From assembly GCA_026770705.1 (NCBI GenBank), contig JANJGN010000007.1, positions 108,686,001-108,750,000 on the forward strand: DNA of 64,000 nt, written 5' to 3'. Under the pieces are notes generated by a model that had not been told where the DNA came from, made no database searches, and saw nothing but the letters and a program-made list of their open reading frames with translations. The DNA comes from Isurus oxyrinchus. Its lineage: Eukaryota. The position numbers and the translations under genes were made by a program. Below, in pieces: positions 1 through 12,284 of this stretch (positions are counted from its first letter, which is position 1; each line of letters begins with the position of its first letter).

Positions 1-2238
1 TTCAAGCTTATGAAGCGTTATGGAAAAAGAATAGTGACAGGATAGTTCTACTGTCCAGGCGAACAACGTTAATATAATCACAAAAATGAAGGTGGCTGGG
101 GAACAAATTCTCAGAGGCTGGTTAGAAAAAAAGGTTTGGATGTTCTTTGCAACAAAATTTTGCTGAATCGCATCCAGGCTTCTTTTAGAAGTGAACTACT
201 TGTTTGGAAAAAAAAATTACGAGGACTAAGTGGTCCATGTTGAGGGTAGAGTACAGCCTACTAGACCTGCTTGGCCTGAACCTCTAAACGAACCTCTATG
301 ATCCTAATGCTTGTTAACGCAAACAGATATCAAATCAAAACATTTACAACAACACGGATTCACTTCTCCCTGTACTATCTTTAAATTCGGAATTAAAGGC
401 TTAGTCACTGGAATTATTCGTCTGCCTCTCTTCCAATAAATGACCGCACAAATCTCTAACCCTGTAATTTAAGTGATATACTTACTAAGTAACTTATCGT
501 TCGCTTGCAAATTAATATTTATCCTTAAGCTAATAAGGCAGCCACGCTTAAATAGGACTTAATCTCCAATAAAAAAAGGTTTTCAAATCTGCAGCGATTT
601 CCCCCAACAGCATCAGCACCATATCCCGATTCATTATTGTCGCTGGTTGCAGAGGTCCTTAGAATTGCTTTCGTCCTGAAGACAAACCCAAACGTGCACA
701 ATTAAGGCTGTTCCTTTGCCAATGACTTGCAATTGTCTGGACGTATCTTTACGAATGGAAATAGATGATCATACGAAACTTAGACACATTACCTTCTGCT
801 CTGTTATGCGCACGCCGTGATCAGGGCCTTTTACGGAGGAGCTCATAGATTGCAACGTCCAAATCAAAAGAATGTTCTCGAAGTTAGAATACTGTAACGC
901 AACAGGCAAATCAAAGGCCAGGCTTTGCAATTTTACTCCCAAAAATAAGAATGCTTGACTGATAAAAGCGGTATCAAATAATATGTACTTTTATTGACTT
1001 TATAAATGTTAATAACTGAACAGCTAGCTCATCCATCTATCAAATGCTACAGGTTCGTCAAGCTACACAAGGAGGGTTGCTTTATTTCAGGTAATCAAAT
1101 GGATTTTCCACAAGTATTTAAGCAATAACAAACAATTATACTCTAGATTCTACCATATAATACTGTCATGCGTTATTCTTCTTCAGCTATTACATTTGAT
1201 TTTCCTAATTTTTCTTTTGGAGTTTTACAATTCTAGAGTCGCCAGGATCCCTTGTTTGGTCTGAAAATTGATGTTTGGAAAGATTGTTAATTGGTGGTTT
1301 TACCAGTTTTTTTTTCGGCTCAAAGCATTCAACAGAAGAATAAAACGCAGAGAACCTGAGCTACAACGCGACAAGACAGCCAACTTCATATCACTCGTAA
1401 TCACAGGAATGTTAGTGCTTCTGTGGTTATCTTTGTCTGATTCGCTTTTCAGCACCGCCTGGGAGTGCATCAGTTTCTCCGGTCTAAATATAAATTTTTG
1501 AATTTACATAGTTCTGCTCAAACGTACTGCACCATATTAACGATTTCAACCTGTGCTATCCACATGGACCCGAAAAGAAATTATGTTATGTGCCTATTAT
1601 ATTGCCCTACATCATTTCACAGATATTGGACAAATATTAAATAGAGTGGCTAGACAAAAAGCCCAGAAACCATAATGAATTTTTTAAGTGCATGCGAATC
1701 TGAAGGCAGGTAATTACATTATAACTGATACTTAAATATGTCAATGTTCTCGCTCTGCTACAGTTGATCTTTTTTGAATTTCCAGCCGCTCTAGAACACG
1801 GATTCGCTAGGCTTTTTATTTCCAAATATAAGTGCAACTACATAAATGATTACTTAGCTAGTTTTAAATAAAACTGGCAGTTTTCTTTTCTGCTCTCTAT
1901 CTATTTAGACCAGTAACACATTGGATGAGAGGAGAAATTGGTCTTCGGCGATAGCGCGATCAGAACAAGAGTGAATCAGGAACCATTTTTTCACCACGCC
2001 CGATTTTGTTTTGCGGAAAACACCGAACTCCCGGTGTTAAGTATTTTTCGTGGGACAGATGCTTCTAATAATAGATAAATTGCGCATTACGGCAATCAGT
2101 TTTTCCGCATTTCAACCCTTTGCGGAGATGCATGAATGAACGTACCGGTTCTTCACGGTTTTGTAGCCCCCTTTACATTTTTATTACTTGTGAATCACTG
2201 AAGTTTAGTTACGAGGAGTGTTTAAAGCATTTGCTTAC

Positions 2239-2337
2239 CTTGAATGTCAACTCTTTCAAAGAGATTATTAGAGTAGGTACAAAATGGAACATGTTGTCCA
2301 TTTTAGATTTCGTCGACAGTGTTTGAAATCCCAGTTC
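2239..2337 (-). pseudogene. Probable cytoplasmic exon of gene 1 with in-frame stop
   Basis: tctctacag|GA ... CAAG|gtaagc, 99 nt, phase 1-1. Encodes GTGISNTVDEI*NGQHVPFCTYSNNLFERVDIQ. Confidence 0.5.
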
Positions 2338-2724
2338 CTGTAGAGACGACAATGATCTGCAAATAATTCAGGCCTGAACCTCACAAGGCTTCATGCAAGC
2401 TAACTGCGGTCCCGCAACAGGTTAGTTGGAAACTGTGTGTGGAGTGTGAACTGTGAAGGGCACACTTTATTCATTGCAATTCCACTGGAAAGTGGAAATT
2501 TGAATTGCAGATATACAGTTAATCAGATCCATCTGTGATATGATTTTACGATAGTTATTGTGTTTTGAAGTGAAGAATTTATTACTGTTTGGAGCAATCA
2601 GTGGCCCGTTGGAAACAGAAAATGCTGAATTCAAAGAACCCCCCTTCCCTGGTAGACTCCTGCGCCAGCTCCGTCCGCTAGCTGACGTCTTGCATTAAAA
2701 TCAAACGCGTACATTAGATCTTAC

Positions 2725-2838
2725 CGTTCTTAAACTGTACTAGGCAGTGCGCCCCATCGATGATCAGGAGCAGTACAAACGCCATTCTACCAACAATGTA
2801 TCTGAAACGCGAGTAGTAAATGGACATACCGACATTAT
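2725..2838 (-). CDS. Transmembrane exon of gene 1
   Basis: ttttgcag|AT ... AACG|gtaaga, 114 nt, phase 1-1. Encodes DNVGMSIYYSRFRYIVGRMAFVLLLIIDGAHCLVQFKN. Confidence 0.7.
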
Positions 2839-2989
2839 CTGCAAAATTAATATGAACATAGATATAGGTTATACATTGTGGTGGGCATTTTATAAAACGG
2901 GGCCGAAGAACAATCTATGGGTTAAGCTATTAGTGTTTACAGTAGCTCCACAATATAGTACGTAAATATGTATTTTTTGCATAAAGGAA

Positions 2990-3290
2990 ATCGGCTGATT
3001 GCTTTCCCTGGCTGGAAGTCTCGAACTGCGAATCAAAGTCCAAGGGTTCGGCCTTTTTAGGTTAAGATGCGGATGAATTTCTTCATTCAAGAGTTCTGAA
3101 CCTTAGGTATTCTCTGCCCCAGAGGCTATGAATGATGAGTCTCTGAGTATATTCAAAACTCCAATCGGTAGATATGGGGATGGAACTGGAAAATTAAATT
3201 GCTGTAGAAAGTCAGTAATGAACCTACTGAATGGTCAAACTTGTTCGGCTGGCCCTATGGCATACTCCTGCTCTTATTTCGTATGTTATT
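2990..3290 (+). mobile_element. Old CR1 3' fragment in a gene 1 intron
   Basis: gaatttcttcattcaagagtt..ctctgccccagaggct..ctcctgctcttatttcgtatgtt. Confidence 0.7.
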
Positions 3291-3531
3291 GTACATGTAT
3301 ATATGCAATAGTGGAATTTGCATATAACTAAGGCTTAATTGAATAGTTGTGTGGCGGATGGTATAACCCGGTTTTACAAAACATCCGGTTGAATTATATT
3401 GCTCATTTAAATCTAATGTTTTCGTTGATATTTTCCATGAGATTTCCGTGAACTACCTTCAAACTGTACATTATATCTCTTTATGAATTCAATAGTTGTT
3501 TACTTTCCTTTTTGGATTCCTGTCGTCGAAC

Positions 3532-3833
3532 CTTGCTTAGGTTTAGAAGTGTAGGTGACAACAGCAGGATCTTGAGAGAAACATGAGATGCCAAACATGT
3601 ATAATTGGCGTCGCTCGAGACAGGTTTCGACTCAACCAAAGAGCTGGAAACTTCATATCGCCCTTCACTGTTCTGCACTTTACTGGTGTGTAAAGCGATC
3701 TCGACGTCATTTTTATACCAAGTGAGGGTGAAATTTTCTGGATAAAAGGCAGCCGTTTCACAGACTAGAGTCAGAGACGCAGAAGAATTCCATTCAGATG
3801 TTCTGGAGAAAATCCTCAGTGCGGTTGGGGCCG
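3532..3833 (-). pseudogene. C1-set Ig domain exon of gene 1 (-1 frameshift near 3' end)
   Basis: Acceptor gttcctcag|CG. Encodes APTALRIF...LTLVCETAAFYPENFTLTWYKN...YEVSSSL...YTCLASHVSLKI, i.e. the C1 motifs CxxxxFYP, W and YxCxxxH. Restoring one C near 3568 gives KIPAVVTYTSKPKQ-G, matching gene 2 KIPTWVNYTVHFA-G. Confidence 0.88.
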
Positions 3834-4808
3834 CTGAGGAACAGGGAACGAACAACATCGAGTTACCGTGCGCTATTGGGAGGAATTAAATATCTTTCTG
3901 ATTTATGCTCGGTCCATTTTCTTATAATCGTCCCTTTCAAAAGCGCAGCCTCCCGTCCTTTTAATTTTACACATATTCTATGCACACCTCATCTATATCG
4001 CTCACAAGGATCGAGATCTGGTCAATTTTATCTGTGCTATTAATGCCAAGACATTGAAATAATCGGCAGAAAAATCGGAATAGTTTGGTTGTCCTAGTCC
4101 AAAAGAATTAAGCAAATCTACCCTGGGAGCATGTTGGCCAGTTTAGTCCTGACGTGCTTGATACGCACAGACAGTGACGAACAAGAGACACAATCTTGAT
4201 GATAAAATGTGGCACCTAATCACTACGGGGGTAACTAACAGCTGAAGCATGACAATTGGTAAAATGCATCACATTCAGTTGAACCTCAGGAGATTTCAGC
4301 AACAAAGATCGTTATTGTTGGATGTTAGTGAGGCGACTTGGGTACTTCGAACTCCAATTTATTGAATGAATCAATTTGTCAACAATTAGCTGCACACTGG
4401 CAATGAAATCCGCAACGCGGTCATTATGCGAGAGTTAATTTCAGGAATATTAAACCGCCAGGAGAGTGATAGGGGCAGAAAGTGGGTCAAAAATGAGCAA
4501 GAACAATATATGTATTGGGAGACGCGTATTAACATAAAGGCGTTTCATTCAATTATATTCTTGGAAATTGTTCCGTGCTTCTAATATCATTAATTTGATG
4601 TGTAGATTGCCTTTATAGTTGCACCCTAATTCATTAATATTGATTCTTCTGGCACTACTCTACGTGTGACATTGCACGTCTAAATACCAATTCTATATAA
4701 AGAACATTATCGCGTGTGGAAGTAGACTTGTTTATACTGGCCAAGACGGCGCGATAAGACAGTCCGAAAGGATCCCAGAGTGTTACGTTCCATATATTTG
4801 AAACTTAC

Positions 4809-5129
4809 TATGCACAATTAGATGTAATCCGGTTCCATTTCCTCGAACTGCCTCCCGACGGATCACGGAGCAATAATAGATTCCAGAGTCTTGTAATGTC
4901 GCGTCCAGTAACTGAAAGAAATCACTCACTTGACTTTTCATACCAAATCTTCTTCTCTTGTCTGCGTTTCTGCCCAGGTATCTATTCTCGCCATGTTTCC
5001 ACCACAATACCCGTGCCCAGGCTTGGGCCTGAAGGATGGGGATCATGCAGTAGAATGTAATGTTCCCACCTCTGGATACAGTCGCTTTTTGTGGTGCTTG
5101 AGACACTTTAAACGAAGTGCGGCCCTCAG
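4809..5129 (-). CDS. V-set Ig domain exon with germline-encoded J-like strand (VJ type)
   Basis: Acceptor tttctgatag|CT, donor A|gtaagt, 321 nt, open. Encodes EGRTSFKVSQAPQKATVSRGGNITFYC...VLWWK...LQDSGIYYCSVIRREAVRGNGTGLHLIVH, with canonical C, W, DxGxYYC and GxGTxLxV. Confidence 0.92.
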
Positions 5130-5298
5130 CTATCAGAAATATAGTCAAACACAGGTTAACAGCATTAGCTAAGGCATGAGGCTGGAAGGGGGAAAACATA
5201 ATCGGGAGAGAGGAAATACGGTTAGTTAGATTAAAATGAAAACTCCTTCGGAGGAAGTTTATAAATTAGAGTAACCGACCAAATGAATAAACCGGTAC

Positions 5299-5348
5299 CT
5301 GCGTAAAAATCAGAAGATCAGGCATAGAAAAGCCATAATCCCTGTCAT
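5299..5348 (-). pseudogene. Putative signal-peptide exon of gene 1 (disrupted)
   Basis: ATG ACA GGG ATT ATG GCT TTT CTA TGC CTG ATC TTC TGA TTT TTA CGC AG|GTACC. Removing the A of TGA gives MTGIMAFLCLIFCFYA with the phase-1 end required by the V exon. Confidence 0.55.
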
Positions 5349-5399
5349 TCTTAAAAATGGATCCAACAGTTGACTCTTCGCAGTAACGAGTTTGAGACT

Positions 5400-5470
5400 T
5401 GCTCAGAGCAGTTTGCGGTTTGTTTGACATGTGTCACGTCTCAATGAGGCTTGACGTCCTCTAACTCTGG
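5400..5470 (-). promoter_or_regulatory. Candidate proximal promoter of gene 1 (RUNX-type and CRE-like motifs)
   Basis: TGCGGTT at 5414-5420 and TGACGTC at 5452-5458, 65-110 nt upstream of the leader ATG. Short motifs, so chance occurrence is possible. Confidence 0.25.
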
Positions 5471-6099
5471 GTTCAGAAATTAGGCTCCGTTTGAACATCT
5501 GGACATTGTAACTTCTGCACTTATTCTGTTGCTGGAATTGCATGTGTCACGGATAGCAAAATAAAAGGAAAGTGTTTGATTTTCATGGGCAGAATTTGCT
5601 AATACTGTTTTTCCTGACAAGTAGCTGTAGCCTAAGCATGTCAGGTAGCAGGAGAAGCGTGGGAGAACGGTGATTTGGTTGACCTTAGTAAAGGTTACAG
5701 AGACGTTGAGAACGAGAAAAAGATTGCACACCATGGTCGTGGTCAAAGATACTTGAATTCATGGCAAAGGAACATAAAACATTTACGACATAGAAGCAGG
5801 CCATTCACCGTATTTGTGCCGGCCGAATCCTCTTTCTTAACTGCAATGTCCATATAAAGCCTCTCTTTGTAAAGACAGGCACAACGTATTAATTGAGAGT
5901 CATGCTCATGTCTTCCACCTCCACACAGGAGATTCGTTATTTTGCCTCTTATCAGTCTGTCTCCTTCTATCGCTATTCGCTTTTGTTCTTTATGTATTCA
6001 TAAAGTATTTTGCTGTTTTCCTTATCATCACTTGTCAGTGTTTTTCATGCCCTGTCATTGCTTTCCTAATTTCCTTTTAAATTTTACTCGAGCATTTTC

Positions 6100-9000
6100 C
6101 ACACTTCTTCAAGCCTTTCTGCAGTGTGAGATAACTTATTTTTCCTTATCCTACATGTATGCTCTTTGACACCCAGAAAGCAATGCGGTGCGGGGAGATG
6201 CACAACTTGAAGTCCCAGCCCTTTCCTTTGAGGAAATATAGTTGTTTGAATTCTCTGCAACGCCTTTGTGAATGGCTCCTACTGCACTGACACGTATTGA
6301 ACTTCAAGAAGCTGTTTCCAATCCACTTTTGCCAAATATTTTCTCAGTTTATTATTTGGGCCTTCCCCAGATGTCAGGCTTTCACTCTTAGTCTATCTTG
6401 GACCTTTCCCACAACTACGCTAAGTCTATTTGATTTATGGTTATCTTTGCCAAACTACTCCCCCACTGATACCACTTCCCCCTGCCCAGTTTCATTTCCT
6501 AAAATTAAGATCAGAACAGATATTTTGCATTTTAGGGTTTGCATCGTACTGCCTTTAAAAATACGTCATTAATGCATTTCAAGAATTCTGCACCCCCTAT
6601 ACCTTTAATATTGCTTTTATCTCAGTCAAGAAAGGGAATTGAAATTCCATACTATTACTGCCCTATTTTTTCTGCAGTTCTCAATAACATGCCTATATAT
6701 TTACCCAACTATCTCTCCTTGGCTGTTTGGGGATCTACATTGTACTCCCAGTAATGTTATTGCAACATTTGTTCCTCTATTTAACCTTTCCGGTTTCATG
6801 AAATGATCCTTATAGCATAACAGTCTTCTTCATTGCTTTCACCAAAATTGCCACACTGCCCTATTATACCACCCTCTCCATCTAGTCTGAAAGCTCCATG
6901 CTTGCATTTACTTTATCCATGTTTCAGTAACAGTTATGATGTCAAACCTATAAGTGTTCAATCTTGATCATCAGCAATGCAATGGAAAGTGTCGATGACG
7001 GTGCTATCAAGCAACATTTACACGCATTAATCTGCTCACAGAAATTCAGTTTTGCTTCTGCCAGGGCCACTAGCCTCTTGACCTCAACGCAGCCTTTGCC
7101 CAAGCATTGACAAAAATAAATCTGTATTCAAGGCATCAAGGCAAGCATTTGAACGAGTGTGGCACCTAGCAACATTGAAGTCAATAGGAATCGGGGGAGG
7201 GGGGGAGAATGTCCCATTGGTTGGAGCACAAATTAATATAGTTGTGGTTGTTGGACTCCATCATCTCAGCTCCCGCACATCGCTGCAGGATGTCCGTATG
7301 GTAGTATCCTAGGTCTTACCATCTTCAGCTACTTCATCAATGATCTTCCCTCCATCATATAGCCCGAAAACAAGCTATTTGTTGACGAGTTCACAGTGTT
7401 CAGTCCCATTCACGGTTCCCCAGATGCTGAAACAGTTCGTACCCGTATGCAGTGGCACCTGGACACCATTCAGGCTTGGGCTGATAAGTGGCAAGTAACA
7501 GTCCTGCCACACAAGTCTCAGGCAATTGCAATCCCCAACAAGATACTATCTAACCATCTTTGCTCGAGATTTAATGGCATTACCATCGCTGAAACCTCAC
7601 TGAGGGTTACCATTGATCAGAAACTCAACTGGACCAGCCATATACATACTACGATTACAGGACCAGGTCAGAGGTTAGGAATTCTACAACGGCTATCGCA
7701 TCCCCTGACACCACAAAGCCTGTCCACCATCTAAAGGGCACAAATCAGGAGTGTGATGGACTACCCTCCATTTGAGTGGATGAGTGTGGCAAAGGAATAT
7801 GGTTGTTGTTGTTTGACACCAACCAGGATGAAGCATCCCGCATTATCAACAATCCATCCACCACCTCAAAAATTTATTCCCTTCACAGCGAAGCACAATG
7901 GCAGCAGTGTGTACCAGCTACAAGTTGCTCTGCAGCAACTCGCAACAGCCTCTTCGACAGCCATTTCAAAATACCACTCAAAATACAAAGACAGCAAATG
8001 CATGGGAAGACCGTCACCTACAAGTACACAGAATCTTGACTTGGCACTACAGTGCCATTCCTTCACTGTCTTGGATCAAAATCCTGGAGTTCTTTTCCTT
8101 CCAACACTGTGGGTGTATCTGCGCCAGATGGACTGCAGCAGTTGAATATGACGGCTCACATTTCCAAGGGCAGTTAGAGATTGTCGACGATTGCTGGTCT
8201 TGCCGGTGATGCTGATATTCCATGGAAGAAAAAAAATCTGTGCCCTCAGCTCATTGCTTTATTTACTAGCCTTTTTCATTGAGGTATGTAACAGTAATAA
8301 TTGAACAACTCCTTTGTTACCTACTGTCAAGCATTTGTTTTCTCTGTTTTTATACTCGTTTACGAATTATCTGATTCCATTTCCAGCAGTTCTTCTCTCC
8401 CTTCTCAATCTGCACTCATATTTCCAGCGCCCTGTCACATTACTTCAAACCGTTCTCAGCAGCAGCAGTAAGTTTCGCCCCACAGATAGGTCCAGGAGCT
8501 ACTGAGATGCAGCCCATCTGACTTCTACATGTCCCACCTCCCCCAACACCGGTTGCAATGCCTCGGGTCCCTAAAGCCCTCCATCCTGCACATTCCTTCC
8601 AGTCACGGATTCATTTGCGCTATGCCTATTTCTCCAGGAATGATCTAGAGATTGCTGATTTGAGGTCCTGCTTGTTAATTCTTTTCCTAGCTCCTTAAAA
8701 CCTGTGTCCAGGACCCTATCCCATTTCCTATCTGTCTTTGGAATCAGATGAGCCAGGACCTTTTGCTGTTCCCATTCCAGAAGGTTCTGCAGCCACTCCA
8801 TTACATTCTTTCCTCTGGCTCGTGGGAGGCAACATGCGATCCTAGAGTCACATCTGTGGCCGCAGAAATGCCTGTCTATTCCTGCATCAATTGAAAACCG
8901 TGGTACAATTGATTTTCTGACATCCTCCTCCCACCTCCCCTGTACAGCTGAGTCACGCACAGTGTGGTGGACTTGGGCCTGGATGCAGTCTCCAGAGGCA

Positions 9001-9270
9001 CCATCGCCCTCACCGTATTCAGGATTGAACGTCGGTTAGACAGCAAAGTGTACTCAGGGGACTCCTGCACGAATTCCTGGTCCTGCTCCTCTGCCTGGCG
9101 ATCACACACTCCCCCTGTGCCTGCGCACCGTTAAGCTGCAGAGTGACTACATCCTGAAAGGCGACATACACTTATCTCTAAGCCTCGCAGATGTAGCTGT
9201 GACACCAGCTGCTGCTGAAGCTCTGAAAACCCGAACTCGAGCTCCTCCATCTTATGACTCTGCAAATGTG
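6100..9270 (-). mobile_element. Degenerate CR1 5' region (ORF1 with SGNH-esterase-like segment and start of ORF2), interrupted by another LINE
   Basis: Minus ORF DRHFCGHRCDSRIACCLPRARGKNVMEWLQNLL resembles fish CR1 ORF1; decayed endonuclease-region sequence at 6300-6950. Confidence 0.6.
7100..8236 (+). mobile_element. CR1-group LINE family B, 3' fragment
   Basis: RT C-terminus (IQAWADKWQV, LRVTIDQKLNWTSHI, QRLGIL); tail gctggtcttgcc..gatgct..ccatg followed by A-rich sequence. Confidence 0.85.
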
Positions 9271-9294
9271 GTTTCCAGGATAGTAGAACATTAT

Positions 9295-9655
9295 GGGCTG
9301 AAATTTACATCCTGACGTGGTCGGGCCTAAAATCGCACGAGACGACCTCGAGCGAGCATCCCGACGTCATCGTGCACTCGCACGACATTTCACTCAGCAC
9401 GCAAAAGTCGAAGGGCGCCCACTGACAATTAAGAGAGCAATTAAGTTCGTGAACGGCGCAATTGTCTCCGATGTTTCGTGACTCCCACCCCAGCAGCGCC
9501 CAGCATTTCAGTGCGCATTTCGCGTTGGCTGAGCTTGGCCAGCCACTGTCAAATCACTGTCAGAGGCCGGTGGCCGTCGGTAGTCTGTTTCCCTGCTACT
9601 CCTAGGTCAGTCAATTGGCCGCGCTGTAAAATTCAAGCAGTGCTTCGAGCCCATA
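9295..9655. mobile_element. Non-autonomous TIR element (Harbinger-type MITE)
   Basis: Starts GGGCTGAAATTTAC, with GTAAAATTCAAGC near the other end; CpG-rich body similar to the subterminal region of Harbinger 1. Confidence 0.5.
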
Positions 9656-10850
9656 TGACTCATTCAGAGCTGAAAAGAGGTAGAAATGTTATGGATTTTA
9701 TACTGTTGAAGAGAGAAGATGGATAATCATGAGAAAATTAGTTGATCAGGGATAGTGGGAGCTCAGGAGGGATGTCATGGACACAACACAAAGGGAGTGG
9801 TAATGACAATGCTAAAGACTAAGGCAGGTGCTAAAAATTGCATGAAGAGCAGACAGCAGAACATGTCAACAACAGAGCAAAAGTCATCGCTCTCTGAAAA
9901 CAAAACGTAAGAACGTGTTACAGACTGGCCGTGTGGAGGGAGCGGGTTGGGAGAAAAATGTCAACATGGAGGACAGAATTCATGCTCTGAATTTGTTGAA
10001 TCCCTTGATATGTGCGATAATGCTTAATCAGAAGATGATGTGCTGTTCCTCTAGTTTGGTTTGGGGAACTGGAGGAACAGCACCTATTTTTTTTCACCCA
10101 GGTGATTGGGATCTGGAACACACTACCTGAGGGGATGATAGAGGCAGGAACTCTCACAACATTTAAGAAGTATTTGAATGAGCACTTGAAACGCGGTAGC
10201 GTACAGGGTTACGGGCCAAGTGCTGGAAAACGGGATTAGAATAGATAGCCCTGCTTGATGGCCGGCACGGACACGATGGGCCGAAGGGCCTGTTTCTGTG
10301 CTGTATAACTCTATGACTCTATGCGTCATCACCCGCTTATGCAATTTACAACTTTCTGCGCTTAACTTTGAGTTCAACAAATTCAGACCATGAATTCTGT
10401 CCTCCATTTTGATATCCTTTTTCCAACGCCCTTTCCCGACACGGCCAGTCTGTAACGTGTTCTTATGTTTTGCTTTCAGGAAGCCAAGGCCCTTGTTCTG
10501 CTCTTAACACATTCTGTTGTCTGACCTTTAAGTCACCAGTAGCACTTCCCTTAGCCTTTAACAGTATCATTCGCACTCCCTTTGCCCTGTATCTATAAAT
10601 CTTTGGCAAATCTCTCCTAACCTTCCACCTATCCCTGACCATCTGTTTTGCTCCACCTGCCTTAGCCCCTCTCTTCAGCAGTATGCAATATATCACATTT
10701 CTACCTCTCTTGAGCTCTGACGAAGTCATACAGACTCGAAACCTTAACTCTGTTTATCTCTTCACGGATGCCGCTAGACCTATTGAAATTTTCCCAGCAT
10801 TTTTTGTTTTTATTTTAGATTTCCAGCATTGCTCAGTATTCTCCTTTTAC
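9655..10850. mobile_element. Inverted pair of Penelope-like element 3' regions (9655-10060 reverse, 10325-10850 forward)
   Basis: cagagctgaaaagaggtagaaatg (9666) is the near reverse complement of catttctacctctcttgagctctg (10696); the forward copy ends in the shark PLE-type gactcgaaaccttaactctg...tttattttagatttccagcat. Confidence 0.65.
10085..10323 (+). mobile_element. CR1 (HER1-like) 3' tail
   Basis: atgggccgaagggcctgtttctgtgctgtataactctatgactctatg terminus. Confidence 0.88.
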
Positions 10851-12284
10851 TTTAGCTAAAATGTAAATCGACTCATCTGACTAGACTGGAAGATCCAGAA
10901 TCTTCACTTTGTATAGTCGATGCACTCGATTGATCTTCTGATCTTCTGTCACTGTCAAGTATCGGGGGAGGTGGGTCGGTTGGGGTGGGGGGGTGGGTGG
11001 GAGGGGGGGTGAGCGGGGGGGTTGGTGGTGGTGGGGTGGGGGACGGGGGGTGCCTTTAACATGATGGCCATTACCATTATCCAAGTGCCCGCAGCTTCCA
11101 TGGTAGGACAACCCACCCTGACAGCCCGACAGCCGCCTTTGGCGCTAATTCGCTGGAATTAGCATATGATCGGACTGACTTCCGGCTGCGGAATTCGCAG
11201 TCGGCGGGCGATCGTATTATTCAGCCCGAGGATGTGGATTTTGTATTTACTACATTAGGCAACGTGGAGTCAGTAAGTCAGTGATTGAATGACAGTTAGT
11301 TTAGAATGGAGCATATGCAGGAGTCGGTGTTTATGAAAGACGAGACGTCAGTACAAAAAGCATTAAATATCGGATGTGGAGGTGGCAGAGGTATGTAAAA
11401 TGAATAACTGTTGTGGGAACGGGAGATATGAAATTTTGGTATCATGGATCAAAGTGGAATGTTGAACAATAAAATATGTAGTAGCCGTTGATGTCTACCT
11501 CCCTGATTGTAGTTGTTTGTTCCATGGAGTTGAGTGACAAGCAACTGTCAGAAAATACATTCTAAAGTTGATACATTATTTTATCCAAAACGTGGATATT
11601 TGGAGACAAGGAAGCAAAATTGGAAGAGATTAACTAAATCTCATTATGTTTCTGTTTCTCATGTGAGTATATCGAGGCAATTGGGTTAAATGGTAACGAG
11701 AGTAAATTTTCTCCGGGAGAAATACGAAACTCGTCTAAATTCTGAGCAACCAAGTAAGATTGTTAAATTGAGCTTGAATTTGGGAAAATAAAAGTGTTTG
11801 GAGACGTTGTGTTACGAATTGGAGTGACACTGGGCATATGGCTATAGTACAGGAAATCGGTTGCAACAGGCTGTCCTTTCAATGCTACTCATTTGAGGCT
11901 ACAGCAGAAAGGCAGGTTTCATAAGCAGAGGGAAGTCTCCGATGGAACACACTTGCGTAGTTATTGTGTCACCATGTTACCGTGTGCAATAGGATTCACA
12001 ATTATCCACTGTTGGAATTATTTTATCACGGAGAATATACTGCATGGTTGTTCTATTCTCTCGCTTTTTTATCCAAAAGACAGCAGACCAATGTGTTCAA
12101 GCAGCACTACGTTCCTTTAGAAATAAGGCAACATACAGAAACAGAAATACATCGTTTGACACCAGAAATGTATTATTTGAAATAAATGAGATATAAACTA
12201 GCTAAAAAGATAAACAGTACTATATGTGTCGTATTACTTTCACAGTGCTGTAATCTTGATTAGTAGGATACCTCTGTTTCCTGC

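Larger units (their letters stand above)
2239..5348 (-). pseudogene. IgSF receptor gene 1 (leader-VJ-C1-TM-cytoplasmic), non-rearranging antigen-receptor-like / SIRP- or NKp30-like; probably a pseudogene
   Basis: Exons read by hand with AG/GT junctions: leader 5299-5348, V 4809-5129, C1 3532-3833, TM 2725-2838, cytoplasmic 2239-2337. V, TM and cytoplasmic exons are phase 1-1. Lesions: in-frame TGA and wrong phase in the leader, 302-nt C1 exon (1 nt short), TAA in the cytoplasmic exon. Confidence 0.8.

Noticed and set aside
1268-1501. Plus-strand 77-aa ORF with a hydrophobic stretch
   Set aside because: No splice context or recognisable family; likely a chance ORF in AT-rich DNA.
4809-5129. 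Rearranging TCR/Ig V segment
   Set aside because: The J-like strand is already in the exon and is followed directly by a splice donor; no heptamer/nonamer seen.
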